A DNA stretch of 49,664 nt from an uncultured Lautropia sp. (GTDB lineage: Bacteria > Pseudomonadota > Gammaproteobacteria > Burkholderiales > Burkholderiaceae_E), in the NCBI GenBank assembly GCA_938046755.1, contig CALIXC010000260.1, positions 1 to 49,664 of the forward strand, written 5' to 3'. This document shows positions 1-9,081 of the stretch, piece after piece (position 1 is the stretch's first letter; each line of letters starts with the position of its first letter). The position numbers and the translations under genes are program-made. The notes below the pieces were generated by a model. It was not told where the DNA came from and ran no database searches. It saw only the letters and a program-made list of their open reading frames with translations.

Positions 1-480
1 ATCTTTCTGCATCACCACACCCATGGCATCGCCCAGAATCTGTGCCATCTGTGGATGTGCATACATTTCCACGGTGCCATGAGCCCCCCCTGTGCGGGTC
101 AAGCTCACGCCATTGAAGGTGACGCTGTCATGCAGGATACGTACATCCTTGAAGCCCTGCGTGCGAAGCATCCCGGCGTCGCTCTCATGTTGCACAAAGA
201 TTGGAAGGTTCTTGGGAACTGCCTGTTGTGCGGTTTCGTCCCAGTGATCTTCGTGTGTGTGGGTCACGATGACGGCGTCCACGCCTTCCATGATCTTCTC
301 GACAGGCATCGGAAGATCCACTAGCGGCATGCGCTGCTGGCTGTTGTGGGTGCCCGGAAAACCGGCCATGGATTCTTTGGGTGCTAGAAAGGGGTCTACC
401 AGAAAGGTCTGATTGGCATACGTGATCCTGGCCGTGGCGTTGCGGATGTGCTGATACTGGTCCGTAGACTTGCAGTTCAT
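1..480 (-). CDS. MBL-fold metallo-hydrolase (runs off window start; absent from ORF track)
   Basis: Manual minus-strand translation from ATG at 480: MNCKSTDQYQHIRNATARITYANQTFLVDPFLAPK...VIVTHTHEDHWDE...RTGGAHGT. HxHxDH metal motif, open to base 1, divergent from a GlxA-type regulator. Confidence 0.88.
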   Translation of the reverse strand, partial: MNCKSTDQYQHIRNATARITYANQTFLVDPFLAPKESMAGFPGTHNSQQRMPLVDLPMPVEKIMEGVDAVIVTHTHEDHWDETAQQAVPKNLPIFVQHESDAGMLRTQGFKDVRILHDSVTFNGVSLTRTGGAHGTVEMYAHPQMAQILGDAMGVVMQKD

Positions 481-512
481 GGGTCTGTCCCTGAAGAGAT
501 CGGAGAGGAAGG

Positions 513-579
513 ATTCTAGGAAGGCTTCAGACCGACTAGAATGGGCGACATTGCCAACCTCCGAAAGAATCGGGCCAAC
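513..579 (-). promoter_or_regulatory. Candidate AraC-activated promoter of the MBL gene
   Basis: Minus-strand TAGAAT -10 at 513-518. GCCAAC direct repeats at 553-558 and 574-579 are 21 bp apart, a spacing typical of AraC-family sites. Confidence 0.4.
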
Positions 580-1536
580 ATGACGACTGAAGAAAAACTG
601 AGGACGGTCGCACTGTATGCCCAGCCCGGGATGAATGACTTCGTCTTCAACATCCCTTTCTGCCTGTTTCAGTCTTCCTTTCGAAGTAGTCCATTGTTCA
701 GGCTACGGGTGTTTTCCGACAATGGCCAGGATGTCGCCACCCACCTGGGGGCCCGTATCCCGGTGCTTTCGTCCATGGATCGTGCCGATGTCATCGTCAT
801 CAGTGGGTGGCGTGACGTGGACGAGGCGCCATCACCGGAGTTCAATCGACACCTGAGGAAGGCGGCTAAACGAGGAGCACAGATTGTTGCGCTGTGCTAT
901 GGAACCTATGCCGTTGCCTATGCCGGCCTGCTGGATGGAAAGAACGCAGCCACGCACTGGATGGCGGAGAACGACTTTCGCCAGCGTTTTCCGAAAATCA
1001 TGCTTGATGACAATCGGCTGTATGTTGAGGATGGCAACATTCTCACGTCGGCTGGCGCTGCAGGAGGGCTGGACTGCTGTCTACACCTGTTGCGACGGAT
1101 GCATGGTGTCACGGTGGCCAACGAAGTGGCTAGAACCTTCGTGACCGCACCGCATCGAGAAGGTGGGCAGGCTCAGTTCATCCGTCAGCCGGCTACACGC
1201 CACACACGGGACGATCGGATAAACAGCTTGTTGGTTTTTTTGCGACAGGATCTGGGTAGTCCGCATCGGCTGGATGATCTGGCCAAGCGACTGAATATGT
1301 CACGTCGCACGTTCTCTCGGCATTTTTCCAGGGCCACAGGTATGGCGCTGGGAGAATGGCTGCAGACAGAACGCCTGTGGCAGGCTCAGAACCTGCTGGA
1401 AAATAGTGACATGCCTATTGAGCATGTGGCTGAAAAGGCGGGCTTTGGTAGTGCCACAAATTTACGTGTGCAGTTCCGCCAGCGTTTCCACGTCAGCCCC
1501 AGCGTATGGCGGCGGATGTTTCGAAGCGAAAGCTGA
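580..1536 (+). CDS. GlxA/FtrA-family transcriptional regulator (DJ-1/PfpI + AraC HTH)
   Basis: ALCYG, ATHW, LYVEDGNILTSAG, REGGQAQFI and C-terminal VAEKAGFGSATNLR HTH. ORF opens at 541; ATG 580 preferred. Confidence 0.9.
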   Translation: MTTEEKLRTVALYAQPGMNDFVFNIPFCLFQSSFRSSPLFRLRVFSDNGQDVATHLGARIPVLSSMDRADVIVISGWRDVDEAPSPEFNRHLRKAAKRGAQIVALCYGTYAVAYAGLLDGKNAATHWMAENDFRQRFPKIMLDDNRLYVEDGNILTSAGAAGGLDCCLHLLRRMHGVTVANEVARTFVTAPHREGGQAQFIRQPATRHTRDDRINSLLVFLRQDLGSPHRLDDLAKRLNMSRRTFSRHFSRATGMALGEWLQTERLWQAQNLLENSDMPIEHVAEKAGFGSATNLRVQFRQRFHVSPSVWRRMFRSES

Positions 1537-1700
1537 AGGCGGCTGATGCCGCTTCAACGGTCGAACGCCTCCCGCGGTATGTCCATCATCCAGTCGAGAA
1601 TAGTCAATGCACGACGGGATGACGGCTCTGTACCTATCTCAGAGGCCCGCGGATTCTCTCCGGCCCGGGTCGGCGCACGGGAGGATCACATGGGTGCAGC

Positions 1701-1744
1701 GTGCACCATGGATGCCGTGCAGCCACGTGGCATCCATGATGCGC
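1701..1744. terminator. Hairpin between convergent genes
   Basis: CATGGATGCC (1707-1716) / GGCATCCATG (1729-1738), perfect 10-bp inverted repeat, imperfectly extendable. Confidence 0.45.
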
Positions 1745-1764
1745 ATATCAGCCTTGCTGACGAA

Positions 1765-3705
1765 TCACTTCGGCGCGGCCGGATTGCTGCGCCAGGTGCG
1801 TGTCACCGGCTGGCCGTTGTCTCCGGGGCGCGTATCCGTCACGTAGGAACTCACGCGTTCCAGCGCCTGGCCATGCTGCCATCCGGAAGGCACCACGAAA
1901 GTCGAGCAGATATCGCGGTTCAGGTCACGGGTAAGGCTGGGCAGGGCTGCCGTCCAGCAGCGAGTCACCTGATTGGCCTCGGGACCGGGTTTCAGGGACA
2001 TCTTCACGGTCAGCGGTTTGCCATCCTTCTGGCCCTTCCAGGTCATCAACGTCCCGAAGGGAACCAGCGAGTCATGGTGAAAGCCCTTCTGCCCGTCAAC
2101 CGATGCCAGCACGCCCTCGATGCGATTGCTGGGGCTGTGGTCGTCGGGCTTGTCCGCGGGAGGGACATCGATGTATGTCTTCAGTTCGTTGGGCAGGAAG
2201 ATCACCTGCTTGCCGCTTTGCGTGCCGGCGCGTAGCTTCAGCGACATCTCCAGGTGCTCGAATGAGGGTGTCGCGTTGTACCAATTACCAACGCCTGCCT
2301 TCAGTTCGTGATAATAGGTTCCTTCTGCGGGGACATAGTTGTCGGCGGCGGGACGGGGACCGAAATTATCGGCCTGGCTGTTTTCCCAGAGCTTGAGGCT
2401 GTCCGGATCAGGGGCCTTTTCGATGAAGGCGCCGGTGGGGCTGCTGGCAGCCTTCAGACGACCGTTGTCATCATTGAAGCCGTAGTCCTCGTCCGGCAGG
2501 GAGTCGAAGGAGGCAGACAACAGTGCACCACTGATGCCTCGTTCGTTCAGCGGTACATCCGTGGTTCCGTCGACAATCCCTTCGGCGCGGTAGTTGGCGG
2601 TGCTCCAGGTGTTGGTGCTGCTGGATGTACCGGAAATGACGCCATCGCCGTTGTATGCCGGCTCGCGTGTTTCATGAACCACCTGTTCACCCAGCTTGAC
2701 GAGCGCATCGCCGGATTTCCAGTTTGCCGGAATGCGCCACGCGCTGTGGATTTCCATGGATTCCGAACCGCCTGCCTTGAAGACATTCAGCGTCAGCAGG
2801 AAGGTGTTCGGCCCATCAAGAAGACTCATGTCAAGTTCGGCTCTATATTCCTTGTCTTCGGACTCCCATTGCTTGAAGCTCCCGTCTCGGTAGATCCGCT
2901 TCTCTGCAGAAAACTGCGTGACGGAACTGTCCGGACTGCCCCAGGAAATCACGGAATTCAATACGATAGGTTTCCCCTCGTTGAGACCCGCCTGTGTGAA
3001 TCGCAGGATATTGCCGATCGTCACCGCCTGTCCGGCTGCGAACTGGTCACTGGACAGACCTAGCTCCCATGTGGCGGCATTGAAAGCGGCCTTGCCGGTC
3101 TGGCCGGGCTGGGCTTCAGCATGTGCACGATAGGTGTACGGTTGCTGGAATACACTGTCGGTCGACGGCTGAATGCCCACATCCAGCTTCAGCAGGGGCT
3201 GCGGGTCCTCGCTGGCCAGTTTGGGTTTCGTGAGTTCAATGCCACCCTTTTCCGTGGGAATCAGCTTGCGGGTCGCATCCTGGGCATTGCCCTGGGCAGC
3301 CCCCGTTGCATGTCCGACCAGGGCTGCCATGACCACGTCCGAACGAATCTCCTTGTCATCGACCAGCTCACTGGGTACAGCGGCGGGTGCAGCGTCAGCT
3401 GTGGCTGCGGGTGTGGTGTTGGCTGCAGCCGAAGTGCTCGAGGTGGTGTTCTCGGTGCCTGATGTCGTGCTGGAGGGGCTGCTGGACAGGACGGGCGTTT
3501 CGGCTTTCTGCGTCAGCTGGGCAGACTGTCCGGCATCATCCGAGCCGCTGCCACCGCAGGCTGCCAGGGACAGCATCATCAGCAGCGCCAGCGGGCGGCC
3601 GGGGTGATGGCGTGCAGCTGATTCAAGGCGCTTCTCAGCGCGCGTATGGGGCGTACTGGGAGAAGCTGCGCTGGATGAAGATGGAAGGTGGGTGCGTATG
3701 GACAT
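1765..3705 (-). CDS. Hypothetical lipoprotein with Ser/Thr/Ala linker and an apparently duplicated domain
   Basis: 646-aa ORF; hydrophobic stretch plus lipobox LAAC-GG; S/T/A-rich linker; no recognisable family. Confidence 0.75.
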   Translation of the reverse strand: MSIRTHLPSSSSAASPSTPHTRAEKRLESAARHHPGRPLALLMMLSLAACGGSGSDDAGQSAQLTQKAETPVLSSSPSSTTSGTENTTSSTSAAANTTPAATADAAPAAVPSELVDDKEIRSDVVMAALVGHATGAAQGNAQDATRKLIPTEKGGIELTKPKLASEDPQPLLKLDVGIQPSTDSVFQQPYTYRAHAEAQPGQTGKAAFNAATWELGLSSDQFAAGQAVTIGNILRFTQAGLNEGKPIVLNSVISWGSPDSSVTQFSAEKRIYRDGSFKQWESEDKEYRAELDMSLLDGPNTFLLTLNVFKAGGSESMEIHSAWRIPANWKSGDALVKLGEQVVHETREPAYNGDGVISGTSSSTNTWSTANYRAEGIVDGTTDVPLNERGISGALLSASFDSLPDEDYGFNDDNGRLKAASSPTGAFIEKAPDPDSLKLWENSQADNFGPRPAADNYVPAEGTYYHELKAGVGNWYNATPSFEHLEMSLKLRAGTQSGKQVIFLPNELKTYIDVPPADKPDDHSPSNRIEGVLASVDGQKGFHHDSLVPFGTLMTWKGQKDGKPLTVKMSLKPGPEANQVTRCWTAALPSLTRDLNRDICSTFVVPSGWQHGQALERVSSYVTDTRPGDNGQPVTRTWRSNPAAPK

Positions 3706-4204
3706 GAGTGATCCTTGGCGGCTGTTGACAGAGTTAGCGATAGACAGCGTGGCGGATGGTCGCCAGCGCCAAGGGCACTGTAGAGCGTTGTGTCAGGATG
3801 CTTTTCAGAACTTGGAATGGTTGAATGTATTTATCGGACAACGTTTCCATTCAGGCGTGTGTGTGTATGCATACGCTCCGTGAGCACGCTTGCACGAAAG
3901 GGTCTGAATGTATTTCACATGGGCGAGATCCTGCATGATGTCTGTCTGGCGGACGGCAGATTGTTGGTCATGCTTTGCAACGACGATTGCAAAGAATTGC
4001 ATCCGTATGCCTGAAGGCTCGTGGCGATGTCATTGCTGCATGAGCGATGGGAGCAAATTTGGGGCTGGAGCCTGAAGAGACTGGCCTGCTCAGAAGGCTG
4101 GTCGTGCTTTCCTGATAGCAAGGAGTCTTTCATGGTCGCAGCGCGCGTCAGGCAAGCGTGAAGGCCTGACAGAGGGCGTCGGGCAGATTGTGTCCCGCCA
4201 AACG

Positions 4205-4239
4205 GAAAAGGGCTGATCCTGTCGCCAGAATCAGCTCTG
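4205..4239 (-). terminator. Rho-independent terminator of dalD
   Basis: Minus strand AGAGCTGAT-loop-ATCAGCCCT followed by TTT, just after the stop at 4266. Confidence 0.6.
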
Positions 4240-4265
4240 TCCGGATATGGCTCGCTGCTTGTGTC

Positions 4266-5678
4266 TCAGCCCGGAATCACATCCTTCCGGACACGTGCCA
4301 GTGCCTTGCGCACGGCAGTTTCCAGGCGGGCGTCGCCGGCCAGTTCCTGCCACAGCATGCGGTCGGCGCACAGGGCCTTCACCGGATCGTCAGCCTGCAC
4401 GATGGCGTGCGCCGCCTTCGGGTCCATGCTCTGGTCGTGGTACTGGAAGGGCAGCTTTTCTGCATGCCAGCGCTTCAGGAATTCCAGGAAGAGGGCGGGC
4501 AGCACGGCCACCGAATCGATGCTCTCGTTGCGGGCCAGACGGTCGCGGATGGTGGGCAGGATGAAGCCCGGGATCTTCGAGAAGCTGTCGGCGGTGACGC
4601 GCTGGTTGGTGTCGCGGATGGCGTCGTTGCCGAAGCGCTCCAGCACCATGTCGCGGTAGGCCGGCAGGTCCACGGGATTGTTGGGGCCGGACAGGCAGGG
4701 AATCACGTCGTCGGTGGCGTAGTCGTAGGCCAGCTTGCGCACCACGGCATCACGGGCCCCTTCATGGATGTACGCGTGCCCGCGCAGTGTGCCGCCCCAG
4801 GCAATGCAGCTGTGGGTGGCATTGAGCAGACGGATCTTCGCTTCCTCGTAGGGATCAACGGAGGCAACCAGTTCGGCGCCTACCTTTTCCCAGGCAGGGC
4901 GGCCGGCAGCGAAATTGTCCTCGATGACCCATTGCAGATAGCTCTCGGAGCCCAGGGCGGCATGGTCGTCGCGTCCGGTGGCGGCCTTGACGCGTGCCTT
5001 CAGCTCCGCCGGCGGGCGCGGCGTGATGCGGTCGACCATGGCGTTGGGGAAGCGCACGTTGGCGTCGATCCAGCTCAGGATGTCGGTGTCACCGATCTTC
5101 TGGGCGAAGTCGCGCAGTCCGCCACGCACCCGGTCGCCGTTGTGGCGCAGGTTGTCGCAGTTCTGCAGCGTGATGGGGCCGCCACCGGCCCTCTTGCGGG
5201 CGCGCAGCAGCGTGATGAGGGCGCCGTACAGCGTCTGGCCTGGCTCGCCTTGCTTCACGCGCTCCAGGTCGGCCTTCAGGTCGGGGAAGCTGGTGTCCAG
5301 TTCGCCGTTTTCCAGCAGGTAGTAGCCGGCTTCGGTGACGGTGAAGGAGATGATGCGGGTGATCGGGTCGGTGGCCAGCTCGGTGATGGTCTTCAGGCTG
5401 GCATCGTAGGGAATCACCTGGTCGATGGCGGTGATCCAGTGGTATTCCACCTTGCCGTGCGGATCGATGGTTTCCAGCGTGAAATTGCCGTCCTGGGCGG
5501 CCAGGGCTTCCAGCAGCGGGTTGGCGTCGGGACGGATGTTGGTGCCGGCCAGCAACCAGCCGGTCTCGCCCTGATCCTTCAGGCGTTGCAGGTAGACCAC
5601 CTGGTGGGCGCGGTGGAAGTTGCTGAGCCCCTGGTGCAGGATGCGGCCGATGATGGGTCGGGAGGGGGACGCGGTCAT
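4266..5678 (-). CDS. dalD: D-arabinitol 4-dehydrogenase (mannitol dehydrogenase family)
   Basis: FHRAHQ, ISFTVTEAGY, CDNLRHNG, PNAMVDRITP, QWVIED, YEEAKIRLLN, DTNQRV..DSFSKIPGF motifs of the DalD subgroup. Confidence 0.85.
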   Translation of the reverse strand: MTASPSRPIIGRILHQGLSNFHRAHQVVYLQRLKDQGETGWLLAGTNIRPDANPLLEALAAQDGNFTLETIDPHGKVEYHWITAIDQVIPYDASLKTITELATDPITRIISFTVTEAGYYLLENGELDTSFPDLKADLERVKQGEPGQTLYGALITLLRARKRAGGGPITLQNCDNLRHNGDRVRGGLRDFAQKIGDTDILSWIDANVRFPNAMVDRITPRPPAELKARVKAATGRDDHAALGSESYLQWVIEDNFAAGRPAWEKVGAELVASVDPYEEAKIRLLNATHSCIAWGGTLRGHAYIHEGARDAVVRKLAYDYATDDVIPCLSGPNNPVDLPAYRDMVLERFGNDAIRDTNQRVTADSFSKIPGFILPTIRDRLARNESIDSVAVLPALFLEFLKRWHAEKLPFQYHDQSMDPKAAHAIVQADDPVKALCADRMLWQELAGDARLETAVRKALARVRKDVIPG

Positions 5679-5813
5679 GATGCGGCTCCTCGTTCAAGGC
5701 GATGGAATCTCGGACAGCAGCGTGTCAGGCAGCGCAATGCGTCGCGTCAGTTTAACCATATGACACGAATGAGGCGGCCTATACCTGAGCCGTCGTCAAG
5801 GCCGATCTCAGCG

Positions 5814-6086
5814 TTACAGGCAGCCCCAGGCGCGCTGGAATTCCATCCGGATCTGGAATTCGTGGTCAGCAAAGCCCAGTTCCTGCAGATGGTGCTTGAT
5901 GTCCTGGGCGTCGATGTCGTGCGAGGTGGCGCGCCAGCGGGGCTTCTGGCTGGCCTTGCGGCCGGTCTGTTCGGTGTCGATGGAAAATCCCTGGGCCAGC
6001 AGCGCGGCCTGCAGCAGCAGGTCGCGGTGGCCCTCATGGGTGGCGCTGTTGACGGTGGTCCGCAGGTTGACGAGCGTGGTGTTCAT
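5814..6086 (-). CDS. Small hypothetical protein (90 aa) coupled to the YeiH-type exporter
   Basis: ATG at 6086, 2 bp after the exporter stop. MNTTLVNLR...MEFQRAWGCL is the tail of track ORF 5814..6449, with host-like codon usage. Confidence 0.6.
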   Translation of the reverse strand: MNTTLVNLRTTVNSATHEGHRDLLLQAALLAQGFSIDTEQTGRKASQKPRWRATSHDIDAQDIKHHLQELGFADHEFQIRMEFQRAWGCL

Positions 6087-6088
6087 GA

Positions 6089-7540
6089 TCAGAGCGCGTT
6101 CCAGAAGTCGGCAAACACGTGGACCGACAGGAAGTAGCCCACCGGCACGTTGATGGCCACACCCACGGCAAAGGCCAGGAAGGGCTTGATGCCGACGGCC
6201 GTCAGTTCCCGAAAGCGCGTGGTCAGGCCGATGGCCAGGAAGGTGAGGGTGAAGAACCAGCCGCGCAGCGACTTGAGCGTACCCAGCACATCCTTGCTGT
6301 AGGCGGTGGCCTGGGCGCCGTCCAGCAGCGTGAGTGCTGCCGTGGTCAGCAGTGAGGCCACGAAAAAGCCCAGGATGAATTTCGGGAAGCGCCGCCAGAT
6401 CTCGCGACGGTCGATGCGTTCGGCGCTGTCGCGCGACTGGCGTTCCCATACCGTGACCGACAGGATGGCCACCAGGAAGGCCCAGACGCCCACGAACATG
6501 TCGCGGCCCACCACCTTCATCAGTGTGAAGGCCTGCACGGCAGATTCGTGGCCGATGGCTTCGGCGGCGGCAAAGCCGGCGGCATCGGCAAATTCCGAGG
6601 TGCCGATCCAGGCGCCGGCGATGCCGGGTTCAAGGCCCAGCGCACGGGCTGCCGAGGGGAGGATGAAGATCATGGCCACGGCCCAGACGATGACCAGCGA
6701 GATAGCCACCGAGACGTGCTGGGGTCGGGCACGGCAGGCGCCGCCAATGGCGATGGCGCCGGAGACGCCGCAGATCGATCCGCCGGCGGCCAGGGTGGCG
6801 CCGAAGCGTCGATCCAGCCCGAAGATTCGGGTCGCGGCGAAATAGATGCTGCCGAAGGTGACGAAGGAGACGATGAGCGCCTGGCTGATGGCGGCCGGGC
6901 CGGCCTGCATGATGATCGTGAAGGGCAGGGTGGCGCCCATCAGCACGATGCCGGTCTTGACGAAGTATTCGGTGCGCAATGCCTCGTGCAGCCAGGCGGG
7001 AAGGCGAACGGTGTTGCCGATGGCCAGGCCGACGAAGAGAGCCACCAGCGGGCCTTCCAGCTGGGCAGCCTTGAACCAGGTGTTGCTGGCCAGCAGCGTG
7101 ACCAGCACGGCCAGCCCATACAGCGCCAGCAGGCCCTTGCCGAATTTCGTGACGTTGTAGCCGATGCGGGCGGCGCCGATGGACAGCGGTACCAGCAGCA
7201 GCGCATACAGGTAGATGAGCGAGGGCAGCGCCTTGCCGAGGGCGGCCAGCCCTTCGCCGGGCGTGCGCCAGCTGCCGAACTTGACGGTGACGAGCTTGAG
7301 CGCACCGGATTCGCCTGCCAGCAGCGCCAGACTGGCTAGCGCCACCATGCCCAGGCCGATGAAGATGGCCCAGCCGTCTTCCTGACGGTACCAGGGCGGA
7401 CGCGCTGCCGGCGGCTGCGTGTCCGCGGGTGCCGGGTTGCGCTGGACGGGCGTGTATGATTCGCGACCGAATCGTGTCTGGCTGCCCCGGGAGCCCGGGG
7501 CGTCGATGGCCAGCGAAGAGGACAGGGTATGGGGTTGCAT
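6089..7540 (-). CDS. Putative sulfate exporter family (YeiH/UPF0324) membrane protein
   Basis: Multiple TM helices; EYFVKTGIVLMG, GGSICGVSGAIA, GAWIGTSE, RFPKFILGF, FLAIGLTT motifs. Confidence 0.85.
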   Translation of the reverse strand: MQPHTLSSSLAIDAPGSRGSQTRFGRESYTPVQRNPAPADTQPPAARPPWYRQEDGWAIFIGLGMVALASLALLAGESGALKLVTVKFGSWRTPGEGLAALGKALPSLIYLYALLLVPLSIGAARIGYNVTKFGKGLLALYGLAVLVTLLASNTWFKAAQLEGPLVALFVGLAIGNTVRLPAWLHEALRTEYFVKTGIVLMGATLPFTIIMQAGPAAISQALIVSFVTFGSIYFAATRIFGLDRRFGATLAAGGSICGVSGAIAIGGACRARPQHVSVAISLVIVWAVAMIFILPSAARALGLEPGIAGAWIGTSEFADAAGFAAAEAIGHESAVQAFTLMKVVGRDMFVGVWAFLVAILSVTVWERQSRDSAERIDRREIWRRFPKFILGFFVASLLTTAALTLLDGAQATAYSKDVLGTLKSLRGWFFTLTFLAIGLTTRFRELTAVGIKPFLAFAVGVAINVPVGYFLSVHVFADFWNAL

Positions 7541-7657
7541 GATGTTGTCCCTGGGGGTGCGATGGCAGGGACGTTACCGGCGCGCCGTACCGGTATCAAT
7601 GTGCGTTTTTGTAGTTAGACGCTGCCCTCATGCCGTCATGCGCGGCATGCATGAGCG

Positions 7658-8977
7658 TCAGTCGCTGATGTCTTCCAGCGAGCGGCCGCGGGTCTCCTCG
7701 CCCAGCACCAGAATGGTCACGACCACGGCCAGCAGCACGGCGGTGAACATGCCGAAGATGTGGGCAAAGCCGTTGGTGCCACCCACCAGTGCAGCCACGG
7801 CCAGCGGTGCGACAATGCCGCCGATGCGGCCGATGGCGCCTGCCCAGCCGGAGCCGAAGGCCCGGAAGCGCACCGGGTACAGCTCGGGGGTATAGGTGTA
7901 CAGCACGCCCCAGGCCCCCAGGTTGAAGAAGGACATGAGGGACCCCCACAGCAGGATGGCGGTGGGGGTGGCGGCCTGACCGAAGAACCAGGCGCATGCG
8001 GCGCAGGCAAACAGGAACGAGGCCAGCGTGGCCTTGCGGCCGATCCGTTCCACCAGCACGGCTGCCGAGAAATAGCCGGGCAGCTGGGCCAGGATCATCA
8101 CCAGCATGTACTCGAAGGTCTTGACCACGGTGTGTCCCTGCTCCACCAGCAGCTTGGGCAGCCAGGTGAAGATGCCGTAGTACGAGAACACGATGCCGAA
8201 CCAGATCAGCCACAGCATGAGGGTGCGGCGGGCAAAGGGCGGCTTCCAGAGCTGTCCGAAACGGATGGGCTCATGGGTGGCGGTGGCGGCCACGACAGCT
8301 TCTGTCTCGACGGGCAGGCCGGCCTGGGCTTCAAGGCGTGAGACCAGGGCGTGGGCTTCGTCCACCCGGCCCCGGGCCAGGAGGTAGGGCACGGATTCCG
8401 GCAGCTTTTTCCAGACCCAGAGGGCATAGAAGATGGGCAGCGCACCGATCCAGAACGCACTGTGCCAGCCAAAGTGCGGAATGAAGCCCCACGAGGCCAG
8501 CGCGGCGGCCAGCCAGCCCAGGCCCCAGAAGCTTTCCAGCAGCACGATCAGCCGGCCGCGCACCGCAGGGGGCGCAAATTCGCTGACCAGCGAGACGGCC
8601 ACCGGCAGCTGGCCACCCAGCCCGAAGCCCACCCAGAAACGGCAGAACAGCAGGATGGGCAGACTGGGCGAGAGGGCGCACAGGCCGGTGGCGATGCTGT
8701 AGAGCACCATGGTGCCCACGAAGACATTGCGGCGGCCGAAGCGGTCAGCGGCCCAGCCGCTGGCCACGGCGCCCAGCGCCATGCCCACGAAGGCGACACT
8801 GACGATCCACCCCGACTGCGCCGGTGTGAGCTGCCACTGCTGACTGAGCGTGGGCAGCACGAAGGACACGAGACCCGTGTCCATGGCGTCGAACAGCCAG
8901 CCGACGCCGATGAGTCCCAGCAGCGTGTAATGGAAACGCCCCGTGGGCAGGCGATAAAGGCGGGAGAGGATATCCAT
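7658..8977 (-). CDS. MFS transporter, NiaP/YceI-like
   Basis: GWLFDAMD, GWAADRFGRR (motif A), SEFAPPAVRGR, PESVPYL, YTPELYP..R, ETRGRSLE. ATG 8977 preferred over 9034. Confidence 0.85.
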   Translation of the reverse strand: MDILSRLYRLPTGRFHYTLLGLIGVGWLFDAMDTGLVSFVLPTLSQQWQLTPAQSGWIVSVAFVGMALGAVASGWAADRFGRRNVFVGTMVLYSIATGLCALSPSLPILLFCRFWVGFGLGGQLPVAVSLVSEFAPPAVRGRLIVLLESFWGLGWLAAALASWGFIPHFGWHSAFWIGALPIFYALWVWKKLPESVPYLLARGRVDEAHALVSRLEAQAGLPVETEAVVAATATHEPIRFGQLWKPPFARRTLMLWLIWFGIVFSYYGIFTWLPKLLVEQGHTVVKTFEYMLVMILAQLPGYFSAAVLVERIGRKATLASFLFACAACAWFFGQAATPTAILLWGSLMSFFNLGAWGVLYTYTPELYPVRFRAFGSGWAGAIGRIGGIVAPLAVAALVGGTNGFAHIFGMFTAVLLAVVVTILVLGEETRGRSLEDISD

Positions 8978-9042
8978 GGGTCGGTCGAGGATGAGGGATG
9001 ACGAGTCTGATAGAGGATACAGCGACTGCATCATCCCTCATG

Positions 9043-9072
9043 GCCTCGGGGGCGTGTCAGGCTCCCCGAGGC
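9043..9072 (-). terminator. Hairpin after lldP
   Basis: GCCTCGGGG (9043-9051) / CCCCGAGGC (9064-9072), about 10 bp after the lldP stop; no U-tract. Confidence 0.45.
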
Positions 9073-9081
9073 GTGGGAGGG

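Noticed and set aside
55..324. 89-aa plus-strand ORF
   Set aside because: Antisense shadow of the MBL hydrolase gene on the minus strand.
1586..1625. Hairpin sharing GGGATGACG with the 8991-9041 inverted repeat, a possible REP family
   Set aside because: Only about 9 shared bases and two instances; too weak to call a repeat family.
4188..6137. 649-aa ORF and other long antisense ORFs (8998-10494, 18941-20791, 28491-29996, 46084-47463)
   Set aside because: Stop-poor shadow frames opposite well-supported genes, expected at high GC.
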